DNA of 63,551 bases, the filler included, from Conidiobolus incongruus B7586 (lineage: Eukaryota): NCBI GenBank assembly GCA_000697335.1. It is 27 parts of 27 records of this genome, joined end to end, with 100 filler letters (N's around TTAATTAATTAA, not from the genome) between each part and the next. Parts side by side here need not be neighbours in the genome. Positions count along the whole stretch, not along the records: positions 20,629 to 31,466 come from JNEM01005533.1; positions 31,567 to 32,577 come from JNEM01005536.1; positions 32,678 to 34,177 come from JNEM01005537.1; positions 34,278 to 36,197 come from JNEM01005543.1; positions 36,298 to 38,481 come from JNEM01005544.1; positions 38,582 to 40,227 come from JNEM01005551.1; positions 40,328 to 41,699 come from JNEM01005553.1; 20 more parts are not named here. One strand, 5' to 3'. Under the pieces are notes generated by a model, which did no database searches, was not told where the DNA came from, and worked only from the letters and a program-made list of their open reading frames with translations. Each line of letters starts with the position of its first letter. Position 1 is the stretch's first letter. This document shows, piece by piece, positions 26,391 to 40,365 of the stretch. The translations under genes and the position numbers were made by a program.

Positions 26391-27298
26391 TTATAATGGT
26401 TGTATACGACATCTATATAAAATAATTAGTATATGAAGTTAAAATTCAAATAAATGACGATAATTACCCAATCAAACTCTTTGGTAAATCAGGATTTTGA
26501 TCCCAATCATAAGTAGGCGTTAATTCTAACTTCATTGTTTGGTCTTTGCGTAAAACTTCCAAAGAAATAGCTTTCTATTAAAGAATTAATTAATTTTTCT
26601 AATATACAAATAACTTGTTTAATATTTACATTTTCAGAGTTTTGAACTAACTCTGTTAGTTTTTTCAATGGTTCTTCTATTCCACTATTAATTTCACCAA
26701 TTTGAACTATTTTGTCTCCCTGCTTAAGTCCCTATAAAAAATGAATTATATAAACAAAAAAAATAAAGTTTATATTTAAATATTTTACAGCTTGATATGC
26801 GGGTGAATCAATTTGAATCATATTAACTTGAGCAAAAGGCGATCTACTAAATAATAAATACATGTTAATATCTCAGTGCTAATCTAGGTTATATAAATAT
26901 ATACCTTGAACCTGAATTTTGTTTTTTACTGGAGTGAAATTCATGTAAAGCTAATTCAATTTCTTTCATAACTCCCTTCAAATCATTTTGTAATCCTAAT
27001 GTTCATTAATATTCCCCAATCAATTCAAAAAATAATTTTAAATTACTTATAATTTTGATTCTAGCACTTCTTACAGAAGGAATATCAATATCAGATCTTG
27101 GAAAACCTTCTCTGTCTACAAGTGGTTCTTGAAGTCCAATTTTATTCTAGGATATATTGTTAAATAATTCAATGCCCGTTACAAAAATAATATTACTTTA
27201 ATTAAAACTTGTTCATGTTCAATAATTTCAGCTTCAATAGCGTCTTTTTGATTAAATAATTCTTGAATATTATTAGGGATCATAATCGGATTTCCCAT
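26391..27298 (-). CDS. NAS2: 26S proteasome assembly chaperone Nas2/p27 (PDZ), 7 exons; absent from the ORF track
   Basis: Spliced product: ..QKDAIEAEI..|..EPLVDREGFPRSDIDIPSVRSARIKII|RLQNDLKGVMKEIELALHEFH..|..PFAQVN..DSPAYQA|GLKQGDKIVQIG..|..LTP..SLIG|CRIQPL*. All introns GT-AG. Alternative in-frame ATG at 27283. Confidence 0.93.
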
Positions 27299-27564
27299 CG
27301 ATTATTTATTTAATAAATGCAAAAGATTTTTAAGAGGCAATGATAAAAATTTTGATTTCGTCAATTTGACAAAAATAACTATTTGATTGAATGACAAATT
27401 TTCATTGGATATTGTTAATATCTACTAGGATTTTCATTGGCTAAATTGAAAACACAAAAGAACCAAAAAAAAAATAGAGGAAATAACCTCTAAAAAATAT
27501 TAAAAAATTATAGTATGTGTATTTATATTATTTTAAAATCTAAATTGGTGTATTATTAAGACTA

Positions 27565-30088
27565 TTAAGCAGCATAACCTTTTCTTTCAAGAGCAGGGGG
27601 TAAGTTAGCGAATGCTTCAAAGAATGGTCTTTCAACAATAACAAGCTCTCCATCTGTTAAATAACCAACTTGGGCGATATGCTTATAAGAGAAAACTCCT
27701 CTGAAATTCCATTTTCCCTTATCGGCTAAGTTGAGACGACGCTTACCTAAAAATACACCCGTTTCTTCTTCTTTCAATTTCTTTTCGTGACTTAAAGCTT
27801 GATCCAATCGGCGTAAAAAGTTAAGCTCGTGATTGTTTCTAGAATTGGGTTCAACAGGTAAATCTAGTCGAACTTTGATGAGATACTGTGGTCCCCAGAT
27901 TAAGAGATCATTGGGATTGTTGGGATTGAATTCAATACCAGAAGCTTTGGGTTCTAACTCGAGATATGATTTTGGAAGTTGAGTAGTATTCTTCTGAGAC
28001 CATTCAGTAGGAGTTGCATTTTCAGTATTGTAGACCCAAATAGTGTGATCTCTTTCAACAATCACAATTTCGGAGTGATTGGGACGGAATGAAATATGCT
28101 CAGGATGCGTTTTGAAAGTGGGTAGAGTTAACTTCTGGCTAAAAGTAATAAGATCGATTAAATACACAGCGTTAGCGGAAGTAGACACGGCAGCCAAAGT
28201 TCCATCTCCATTGATTTCAAGATTGGTAATAGAAACAGTAGAATTCAATTTAGAATTCAAGATATTTAAAGATTGAAAATCATTAATGTCCTGTTCGCTA
28301 GCAGGTTTAGAAACATTATTGACGCATGATGAGATATCGAATGAGATTAACTGAGATCCAGTGGTCACAATTAAGATTCTATCCAGATTGGGCAAAAACT
28401 TGATAAATTTGGCACCGAATCCGGATGTAATTCCATGCTCTTTTAATTGCTTAGGAGATAACTCAAGAACTTTTTGAATTAAGAATTGAGGCTTCTCTTT
28501 TTTATAGCATTTATGAGCAATTTGATCAAGAACTAACTTATCTAACTGTGTTTGAGAATATTTAGTTCTCTTAGAGGAAGCAAAAGGCTTGAAATGGCTC
28601 GGTTTCTGCCAGTTAATATAATAAAGACGCAAACTAGCAACATCAGATAAAGCCAACCATGAACCACAAGGACTAATAGCTGATGATAAAAAGGAAAGAT
28701 TAGAAGCAGGGTGAATTTCTAAGACAGGAGAGAAGTTTTGGACCAGGTCTAATGCGGTAGCAGGAGTAAGTTTGAGCGGATCAGTTGAAGGATGAATCAA
28801 GGCTTCTCCAAGTTCCCAGATCTGAAATTTGTTAGGATATCTACAAGCAACAAAGCGTTGTTCGGGAACTAAATGGATATGTTTGAAAGTGTCGAAAGTT
28901 TCGGTACGAGTAGCGTGAGCATCATGACCAAGCATTTCAACAGGCACGCGATTTACCCTAATATCGTTACCACCAGTAAACAATTGTTTAGATACAGGAT
29001 CATAGCAAATGGCATTGATATCATGAGAATGATAGCGTTGGAATCCTTTCAAAGTAAAACCCTGGGCAATACCTCTGATATCAGTTCCTGAGGCATAGTG
29101 ACCAACCCAAGTATCTACACCAGCTGAGAACACGCTAGATCCATCAGGAGAGATATCAAGTGCTAAAATATCAGCTTCATGTCTGGAAAATGTGTATAAT
29201 TCAGTCATCATTAAACTATCGTAAAAGTTAACATAACCTAAAGAGTCACCAGATACCAAAGTTCCATCAGGTAAAAATCTAACTTTCCATACAACAGTAC
29301 TGGTTTTATCTCCTTGTCTAACTTTAATAGTGCTAACAGTACGACCTAGTTGATTGAAATTAGTTGATGAAAAGCATCATGATGATAAAGAACAAACCTG
29401 ATGCAGAATCTAAAATAAGGGTTTTACTTTTAGAAGTACCACATGCGATATAAGCGCTATCATAGGACCAATCAACCGAAAGGACCATGGCTAAAAATGT
29501 ATATTAAGGAAATGTAAACTAAAAGTAAAGTAGATCTTATTACCATTTTCAACAGCGAAACTCTTCAAAAATTCAAAACCAACTTCAGTAATTTCAAATA
29601 ACTTGATAGATGAATCGTAGCAAGCGACAGCTATTAGATTCTTTCTAGGATTAATAGAAATGTCCCAAACTGGGCCACCTTGGCTACGTAAACATGATTT
29701 TGGAATTAAATTAATCAAATCCCATTCCATGATATATCCATTTAAACCGGCTGAAAATAATCTTGGTAATTGTTGTTCTGTTTTTTGATTATCATTCTTT
29801 GGATAATACCATTTTAAGCAACGAACAGAACCTCCCTTAACACCTGGAATATGCTACGGTTAATTAAATATGTTAGTACTATAGTTTAACTAGATATTGA
29901 ATGTATATTACTTTTTCTTTTCTTAAAGCACCAGTTCCTTTTTCAATGGAATAAATCTCGATAATACCAGTTTCTCTGCCAACAGCTAACCAACGATTAT
30001 CTTTATAAGACTCGGGTGTAATAGCTAAAGAGGTAATAGCTGGCAACTGCGTGTCAATAAATCTTGCCCTATGTACTTTTAAACTCAT
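27565..30088 (-). CDS. UTP4: U3 snoRNA-associated WD40 protein Utp4 (cirhin); exons 30088-29912, 29853-29544, 29490-29398, 29345-27565
   Basis: N-terminal VHRARFID..PAITSLA, LAVGRETGIIEI, RLFSAGLNGYIMEWDL, SQGGPVW, LVSGDSLG, HSHDI and C-terminal ELVIVERP..LPP are Utp4 hallmarks. Joins three track ORFs through GT-AG introns. Confidence 0.93.
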
Positions 30089-31019
30089 GATTCTGTTTCA
30101 AAATTTTACAGATAGAAGATACAAATTAAAATAAATAATTAAAAGATAGAAAAGTAAATAAAATTAAACTAATAATCTGAAACAATATTTATAAAGTGAT
30201 CTATATATTTTTTTATCTATTTAAATTTATGTTTACTAATTTTAATCAAAAATGTGAATTTTGTATTTATCAATTTTTCTTAATATATTACTATTATGGG
30301 ACCAAAAATGACTAAACTTTGTACTCTTAAAATTTACCAAGTTCTTTTTTAATAGAAATAAATATACTTCTTCACTTTTAGATAATGATCATAAAACTTT
30401 TAATCAATATTAAAAATAAACTACCATTAACAAATTACATAATTACATTTTTCAATCACTCTTTAAAAATATTTTCATTAACAATATAGTTAATTTTTTC
30501 TAACCAAATATTTTTTGATTAATATTAAATCAAAGTCATATTTCGAGGAAATTTTGGAGAGAGATAAAAAACAGCTATATTATATTGATTTTATTACAGC
30601 TTAGAGTTTAATATATGTTCGTAAGTTCTATTATTTTATATTATTAAATTTTAATAAACTTGATTTCCCATAATTTTGTTATTAATAAAATTTCAATTTA
30701 AATTAAATTTCATAGTCAGATAAATAAATAGCTGATTAATCCATCTTTAGATTTAATAAACTTCTTCCTCATTATGTAACTAAATATTAATATATTAATA
30801 AAAAAATCAGTTTCTAAATATATCCATAATTTATAAACCTTATATGTATTAAGTTGGATTTTTTAATTGAAAAAGAATTCTCCAAATGGTACAATTTTAA
30901 ATCTTATTCTATTATATTATTTATATTTAATAAATAATTCATAGAATAAAAAATTAAAGCATATGATTAATATTTAATTACCCTTTGTTGTATTTTTATA
31001 ATAAGTTTTATAAATATAG

Positions 31020-31290
31020 GTTGTAGTTAGAAAAGTATTCGAAATATAATTTAGTAAATTATTTATTAATCCTGCTCTTTAATATATTGGGACTATAGGT
31101 TTGAAAACCTATTATTGAGATATTATAGCAGAATATCCAAAAGAAAAACCTTTTTTCTATCTTTATCACTTTTTGGTTTAAATAGTTATTTAAGTAAATG
31201 CTATGTGATTTGAATATAATCTAAAAATATAAACAAAGTGAATAAAAAGTATCCTTCAATTATAAACTAATAAAGCCAGCTTAAATTAGA
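31020..31290. repeat. Unclassified degenerate repeat, family D, copy 1
   Basis: Colinear with 60000-60265 (aatatattgg(g/a)actataggt; aatatccaaaagaaaaa; aattataaactaa.aaa.c.agcttaaa). Confidence 0.75.
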
Positions 31291-31566
31291 ATTAATATTA
31301 ATTTAATTATTATAATAGAATAAATAATTAAATTTAAAATATATCCCTTATTATTTAAAATTTGAATAAATGATTGAATACTTGATTTAATTATGGAATA
31401 TTGATAGAGTATACTTTTATATAATATATTATTTTACTTATATTTTTAACTATCCATTTAAGTGGTNNNNNNNNNNNNNNNNNNNNNNNNNNNNNNNNNN
31501 NNNNNNNNNNTTAATTAATTAANNNNNNNNNNNNNNNNNNNNNNNNNNNNNNNNNNNNNNNNNNNN

Positions 31567-32577
31567 AATTAATATAAGTAAATATAATATTATTATAAAA
31601 ATATAACAAAAATTATAAAATAATATAAAAATATTAGTTAGTATTAATATTATTATATATATTCTATATTAAAATAAATATTACTTATATCTTAAAAAAA
31701 TATCTTTAATTAAAAAAATCTTATTATAAAATTAAATAGGAGTTTAAATGCTAATATTAAAATTAAACTAAAATTAACTAAAATAAAGTTATTTAGTTTA
31801 ATAAAACAAAGATATATTTTAATAAATTTAATAAAAAAGCTAGATATTTCAAAAAAGATAAGAAATTACTTTATGACCATTATATTATTATAACTTAAAA
31901 ATATAATGGTGAGTTAATTATAATTTAAGGATATATATTATCTTTAGGTATAATATATCTTTATAAAGTTAATAAAGGAATTAATATTAAGATATATTAT
32001 AATATTTTAAATAATAAATTGAAAAAAAACTATAGAGTAATATAAGTTAAATAAATCAAATATTATTTCTTAACAAAATAATATCTTTTGTTATATTACA
32101 AATTTTATTATTAAATGAATTAAAAATAACAGAATAACTATTATAACATAATCTCTTTAATCTTTAATCTTTAAATCTTAATTAAATATTTCTAAAATCA
32201 ATTAAAAAAATTAACTAAAGCTTTCCCCTTAATAAAAAATTTAAATCAACTTTAAAAGAATATTTAAAAAGCTTAGAATAATATTGTTTTATTTAATATA
32301 AAAAGCTAGTTAACTTTATACCTGATAAACTTAAAAAAGTTAGAAAAACAAAAGGTGAATATATTAAATATTATTTTTTTATTAACCCTAAAACCTATAA
32401 ATTTATAACTTATCTTAAATATACTTTTAGTTTTAATATATCAATTAATAATTAATTAAATGTAACTTTATATATTATATTATAAATAAACAATATATAT
32501 TAATTATATAGTTTAATATAAGTTTATTTAAATTAGATTAGATTAAAATATTAATAGAAATATTTATATTCTTAATT
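31567..32577 (+). mobile_element. Tc1 family A relic, partial
   Basis: Colinear with 8215-9225. Confidence 0.88.
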
Positions 32578-32677
32578 NNNNNNNNNNNNNNNNNNNNNNN
32601 NNNNNNNNNNNNNNNNNNNNNTTAATTAATTAANNNNNNNNNNNNNNNNNNNNNNNNNNNNNNNNNNNNNNNNNNNN

Positions 32678-33068
32678 GAAAAAACCTATTATTTTATATA
32701 ATAATTACAAAATATATAAATTTAAAGCTATAAAAAATTTTCTAAATAAAAATAACTGGAAAAAATTACCATATCTAATATACTCTTTAGATTATAAATA
32801 TGTGATTATAATTGTTTTAAATAATTAAAAAACTAGCTTATAAGAAAAAAATTTTATAAAATAATTGATTTGTGAAATATTATATTTTAGTCTTTAATAA
32901 AAAAACTGTTTTTTAAATATTAGAAGTTTGCTAAAAATATAATAAAAAGTTATTAATAATAAAAGAAACTACTAAATTTATATTATATATTTATCTTTAT
33001 ATATTATATATTGTAATATTTATTTATTTTTAATTATCAAAATTCCTATTATTAAAAATATAGAGTAA
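32678..33068 (+). mobile_element. Mariner relic B1, 3' part; a further 3' fragment follows at about 33230-33470
   Basis: aac tgg aaa aaa tta cca tat cta ata tac tct tta gat tat aaa tat gtgat tat aat tgt; end tatagagtaa-ta. Confidence 0.85.
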
Positions 33069-36000
33069 TATTTTAAAATTTAATATAATAAAAACTTCTA
33101 TTATATATATTGTAATAAAATATATAATGCTAAAATTAGAAATCTTGTGTAAAGAAAATATTGAAAAAAGCTACTATATTTACTATATTCAATTGATTGT
33201 AGCTTATATTATTATAATTATTTTAGTTTATAAAAAATAAGCTTAAAACAAGTGAATCTTTACAAATCAATTTAAATAATTTATTTTATATTAAATTTTA
33301 GTCTCTTATTAAAGGAATGATTTTTAGGTATTAAATCTTTACTTCAATATAGAGAAAAGTTACTAATAATGAAAAAGCTATTGGTACTGTATTATATATT
33401 TATTTTCGTATATTATTTATTATTATTTTTATTTATTTTCAATCGCTAAAAAGTCTTGTTATTTAAAATTCATAGCATGATTAAATTAAGCTATATATTA
33501 GAACTTATAATTGATCTAATATTAACCATTTTAAGCTATAATAGAATAGGAATTACAATTAATTAAATATTTATTGATTTAATTTTTTTCTTATCAAATA
33601 AATTTATAACCCAAATAAAAATATTAATTCACTATTAAAATAATTCTAAATTAATTTTTATAATGATTTTTTCAAAATCTATCTTCAAGAATACATATTA
33701 GTATAATTGCTAATAAATATAAATAATACTTTATAATATTATATATTTAATTTTAAATTTATATTGAATAGAAAATTATATGAATAAAAAGGCTTTTGTA
33801 TCTTATTTTCGAATTTTAATTTAAAAAAATAAAAAGTATTATATGTTAAATTTTGTTTATTATATTGATATATAAGTTTTGATAATAATTGATATAAAGT
33901 TTTTTTTTAAATTAATAATATTTTAATCATTAGTTTATATTTTATTTTGATATTTTATATATTTAATTTGAATATATATATATATTAATATATATTTATA
34001 TTTATATTGATTTTATAACATATATAATAATATTCTCTATTTTTGTTAAATAACAAACAACTATTAACTATTAATAATTTTTTATTTATTTTATGTAATT
34101 TATAATATATTAATAATTTACATAGTTAATCATATAATATTACCGAATTACAAAACCAACTAGTCTTTAATTAAATANNNNNNNNNNNNNNNNNNNNNNN
34201 NNNNNNNNNNNNNNNNNNNNNTTAATTAATTAANNNNNNNNNNNNNNNNNNNNNNNNNNNNNNNNNNNNNNNNNNNNATATTATTGATGTTTAAATAAGA
34301 TTACAATCAATGAATATAATAACTATAATTAACTCATAATTAAGATATTATAAAATTGTAAAATTCAATATTTTATTAATTAATCTAATATTTAATATAT
34401 CAATAAATTGATTTAATTAAAATATTGGATTATTGATTAATTATTATAATAATTTTTACTTTAACTCAATATTATTTTGATGAATCAAATATTAAAATTC
34501 AATAATTACTCAAATTTGTTTTAATATTTTATATTAAAAAAATTTTAATTTAATGCTCTTTATATAAAAGGTTGTATAATATCAATTATTATATGATTTT
34601 AAAATTATTTTTATTATAATTTTATCCAATATAATTTTTTCCTCAAATATTATTTAATTATTATTTATAACTTTTGATTAATAGTTAATATTTTCAAGTC
34701 AAATTTCAATATCAATCAGTTTTACAAGATAATTAAATTCTCTCAAAGTGATCTTAAATATGTTAATTTCAATATATTATTATAATTATAAAAACAATTA
34801 TCATTTAATAAATTTATACTTTACATTTAAAATTTATTTTCAAAATTCAATCATTTACTAAAGTATACTTATAACAGTTGATTATTTTTTTAATTATAAA
34901 CTTCGAATAATTTGAATCATAACAAAATTATTCAATATATATTATAAAAAACTATGTATTTACATGTTATATATAAAATTGGTTATTTTATAAGCTAATC
35001 AAAAAATAAAATTTAATATATTAATGAAATATTGTTAACTCTTAATAATTTTTCAAAATATAAATATTATAAAAATAATTTTAGATAATTGGGATAAATT
35101 CAGTATCAATATTTATTGATGATATTAAATCAAGTTTATTTTATAATTTTTTACAAAATTATATTGCATTTATAAATTAGCTAAAATATGATTTATATTA
35201 AATAACCAATTTTATTAAGCTTGTTCTTATATATAACATAGACGATTCAGAACTAGATTATCATTAGAAGTAAACAAATATATTTTATTTCAAAATCATT
35301 TTGTCAATTAAAATTTAAAAATTTAATTATTCAATAAAATATTATTTTATTTATAAATATATATAATTCTGTAAAGTTAAAATAATATATTAAAATAGGA
35401 TATTATTTGTTATCTTTCATAATAAATTAAATTCAATCCCTAAAACATTTGTTCAAAATTTGAGAAAATAATTTGAAAGAGGTACAAAAATATATTTTGT
35501 TATATAATAATATATTATATTTATGATAATGGATTATTGAATATTATTAAATTGTGAAATATTTGTTAAATTTAAAAAATATATATAATAATTCTTTATT
35601 TATATAATTTATAACACTTAAATAAAAGATAATATATATTTACTAAATATTTTCCAATTAAACTAATAAACTATATTTAATATTATTTAAATTATCAAAA
35701 TATTTTAATTATATTAATAATATTGAATAAACATATGATTTTATATTGTATACAAAAAAAATTATATTATTCATGATATTTTATTTTTTAAACAGATATT
35801 TATTAAAATATATCAATCAAGTTTTTATATTAAATGATATATAAATTTGATTAATTAAATAAACAACCATTCCATTTCTCATTAAAAATGATTTTATTTC
35901 TAAAATTATACTTATAATTTGTGAAAAAATTTTCTTAATTTAGAATTTATGATTATATTATCAAAAAATATATTAATCCAATGCATTCAATTTAAATTTT

Positions 36001-36379
36001 TAAATATTTTTGTTTTTAATTATAATTTTTCAAATTTAATTGAATTAAATTATAATTTATTATGAAATATTGATATTCAAATATAAAATATTTAAATTTG
36101 TTGTAAAGATATAATAAAGTTAGAAAAAATTTAAAAGTAAAAAATTTATTCAACATATAATAAATAATGTAATTAATATTATATATTAACCTGTTCANNN
36201 NNNNNNNNNNNNNNNNNNNNNNNNNNNNNNNNNNNNNNNNNTTAATTAATTAANNNNNNNNNNNNNNNNNNNNNNNNNNNNNNNNNNNNNNNNNNNNCTT
36301 TTATTAAGGAATAAAGTTTAATATTTTATAAACTAATTTTTTTACTATCTAAATAATTAAAATCAAAAGTTTTATAATT

Positions 36380-38481
36380 ATATAAATATATTAAATATAA
36401 TAATTATTTTAATTTATTTTATATATAATATTTTTTTAGCTTTAGTTTTATATATTTATAGTTATTATTCAAAATAATAGTTATTTGATATTTATATTAG
36501 AAATATTATTTAGAAATGTTTTTATTTAAAATATAATATAAAATTCATTAATAATTGATCTTCATTATGATATTAAATAAAAAGAATATTTAATATTATA
36601 ATCTATTATAATGATTAATATTTTCTTATATACTCACCCACAAAAATAAGTCATAAAATCAAAAACACTTATATTTTTACTAATAACTTGATTAATATTT
36701 AATGAAATAAAACTTAATTAAATAATTAAAATCTATTATATTTATTAATTATATATATCATTAAATGATGATATCTAGCTATTAATTAGCTAAAATATAA
36801 ATTCTTAAATTTTACCTAGGGTGAGTTAAAAATGTATAGGTTTTTGCTGATAAAAAAAATTAACACTTAATATATCTATCTTTATCTTTTTTAATTTCTT
36901 TAAGTTTGTAGGGTATAGAATCAATTAACTTCCTATATTAAAAAGGGTTAATCTTATTCTATATTTCTTGAATATATTTTAAAAGTTAATCTAAATCTTT
37001 TATTAGGGGAAAAGCTTTAATAGCTTTTTTTACCTCATCCTAAAGATATTTAATTAAATTAAAGTTAGGAAATTGAGAAGGCTACTTTATAACTATTATC
37101 TTGTTATTTTTAAGCTATTTGGTAATAAAAGCTATAATATAACAAGAGGTATTATCTTACTAGAAATTAATATTAAATTTGTTTAACCTATATTATTCAA
37201 TAGTTTTTTTTAATTCATTGTTTTAAAATACTTTAATATATCTCAGTATTAATTCCCCTATTAATTTTACAAAGATACTTTATATTTAAAGATAATATAT
37301 ATCCTTAAATAATAATTAACTTATTATTATACTTTTAGATAGAATTAACATAATAGTTATAAAGTAATTTTATATATTTTCTAAAGTATCTAGTTTTTCT
37401 ATTAGATCTACTAAAGTATATTTTTGTTTTATTAAACTAAATAACCTTACTTTAATTAGGTTTAGTTTAACATTAATAGCAATATTTAAACTCCCACATA
37501 ACTTTATAATAGAATTTATTTAATTGGGGGTGTTTTTACTTAAGGTGTAAGTAGTATCTATGCTAATATAAAGCACATATAATAGTATTAGTGCTAACTA
37601 ATATTTTTATATAGTTTTATAATTCCTGTTGTATTTTTAACAATAATATTATATCTGCTTATATTATTAAACTTACAGATATACTTCTCATTATATTTAT
37701 CTATAATCTTAGAAAATTTAAGTTTATATTTAAATATTTCTTTATTGTTATTCTTAATAATTTTAACTATAGTAAACTAGTTAACACTAGTAATTCTAAC
37801 AATATTTTAAGTTGATTTATTTTTTTTATAAAGTTGATTAATATATAAGTAGATTTTTTTAAAAAAGGATATAGGTATAATGATACTAATAAAAAAAATT
37901 TAATATATCTGTAAAATATTATATAAAATAATAGCAAAAAGAGAAAAAAAATATGGTTATATATTGTTAAATATATCCCTTTATCTCAAAAACCTACAGA
38001 TTTATAACTTACTTTGGTTAAATATTAAAAGTTAATATTTTTGCTAATAGTTTACTAAATATATCTAAATATAATTATTTATTATTAAATAATATATCTT
38101 AATTATATATTATAGTTTCAAGTAATCTAATATATATAATTGTTTTAGTTATTAATTAAAATATATATATTTTTGATTTTATAACTTATTTTTATAGGAT
38201 AGTATATTTAAAATAATTATTGATTGGAATTATTAAAGGATTTAATCTAGCTTAACTTAATATTTTATTTTATTTTTAGATTTAGGATAATATAAATAAA
38301 TATAAAATTTATCAATAATAGGAATTTATTATGAAAACCTTTATTTTTTGTTATATCTTAATAAATTTAAATTAACTATAGCTATTGTAGCTTTCTTTAG
38401 GATTTTAATTAAATTATAAATTATTTATTATATATTTTTAAAAATTAATCTAAATTGAAATTTAAATATATATATATTATT
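36380..38481 (-). mobile_element. Mariner relic split by a complete Tc1 insertion (mariner parts 36380-36630 and 38205-38481)
   Basis: Removing 36631-38206 restores the sequence seen at 11050-11130 (..atatttatttata|ttcaaaatatttatttattagaatt..). Confidence 0.82.
36631..38204 (-). mobile_element. Complete Tc1 family A element (1574 bp) with both termini and a TA duplication
   Basis: TA-tactcacccacaaaaataagtcataaaatcaaaaa ... ttttgattttataacttatttttataggatagta-TA. Dead DD34E transposase at about 36865-37880. Confidence 0.93.
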
Positions 38482-38581
38482 NNNNNNNNNNNNNNNNNNN
38501 NNNNNNNNNNNNNNNNNNNNNNNNNTTAATTAATTAANNNNNNNNNNNNNNNNNNNNNNNNNNNNNNNNNNNNNNNNNNNN

Positions 38582-40227
38582 TAATTTATATGGAATAGTT
38601 AAGAAATAATCATAGGTATTAAAATATAATATTAAATATATACTTTATTAAGTTATTAATATATTTAACTATTAAGCTATTATTTTATATAATTAAAGAT
38701 ATCTTTAAATTAATAGAAAGAGATAATATAGTTAAAATAATTAAATTAATTAAATATTAACAAATGTATCTATAAAATATCTAATTAAAACAAATAATAA
38801 AATTATAATTAAAGGTAAAAATTCATAATATAAACTAATTACTAAAATATTTTTAGTTTCTAATAATTTAATAAGTTAGACTCCTTTATTATATATAATT
38901 TAATTTATATAATCATTAGTTTGTAAAAACATTTGTAAATTAAATTAGAGTTTACTAACTAAATATAAAAAATGTAATTTTAAGGTTATATGAATATTAT
39001 TCAAGTTTAATTTATAATTAATCTATTAAAATTATTGAGGATTTGATTGATATTGTATTTTAAAGGGTATTTATTAACTTTTAGCTAATTTAAGTTTTTT
39101 GACAATAATAACAACTTTTATTTATTTTTATATAAATTTTAACTTATTAAGTTTTGTCTTATAATGTTTTTAAGTAAAAGTATTCATTATTTAAGATTTA
39201 AACAAATTAATTAATTATAAAGACTAATTTTTATATAAAAAAATATAATTATAAAATAAAAAATACTATCAATTATAGTTATTTTATAGCAGTTTTAAAA
39301 AAAAGTATATTATTAAAATATTCTTTAATAATTATTTAGAGTTTTACTTAAGGATTAATATATTATAATAATATATAGATTAATTTTTTAATAATGTTTA
39401 ATATGCTCAAATATATCTCGTTAAATTATTAAATTAGTTACCTAATAAAAGCATTTATTTAAGTCAAGAAAGCTTTTTTTTATTAATTGAATTTGATTTT
39501 TTAGGTAATACCTTTTTGAAAACTATGTTGAATTATTTATAAATTTATATTTTGATAGTAGGTTATCTTTTTAATATTTTTAGGATTAAGTTTTTAAAAA
39601 GTTCAATATTAAGTATAGAAGAATTCTTTTTAAAAAAATGGCTAATTTAAAAATATTCTTAAATTCACTATTAAAAATTAAATCAAAATAATGTTTTATA
39701 TTTTTAAGATAATTTTCAAGCCTATAAAGATATAAAAAATTATAATAAGTTATTAATCTAATTTCACAAATATTAAGGAATTAGATTATTAAATTTACTT
39801 TGAAGAAATTTTTATTTGATTTATTTTAAATCTTTTATGTTTTCCTTTATCAAAAGTTACTTAATATAAGTTTCTTAAAGAATAAAAAGTTTTTAAGAGT
39901 TAAAGTCATAAAATTACTTAGTGATCAAGTTATTAACTATATTAAAATAATATAAGGGTATTTCTTTGATAATATAATAATATATAATATTAGATTTTGA
40001 TAAAATAAATTATAAGATTAAAAATAATAATAAATAAAATTAATATAGATATTAATTAATTTTTTAATATATTTTTAATAGTTTTATTTCTGTTATTATA
40101 TAAGTTTAATAAAATAATACTAATAAAATTTAAAGAAAGATTTAATAAAAAAAAGACATAAAATATAATGATATAAAATAGAAATATAAATAAAGTTTTA
40201 TTAAGAATTAAATTAAATTAAGTCAAT
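38582..40227. repeat. Unclassified degenerate dispersed repeat, family C, copy 2
   Basis: Colinear with 5581-7100 over roughly 1.4 kb. Confidence 0.7.
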
Positions 40228-40365
40228 NNNNNNNNNNNNNNNNNNNNNNNNNNNNNNNNNNNNNNNNNNNNTTAATTAATTAANNNNNNNNNNNNNNNNN
40301 NNNNNNNNNNNNNNNNNNNNNNNNNNNTTTATTAAAAATAAAAAAATAATTAATTTTATATTATA

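Noticed and set aside
28079..29091. Plus-strand ORFs 28079-28276 and 28873-29091
   Set aside because: Antisense to UTP4.
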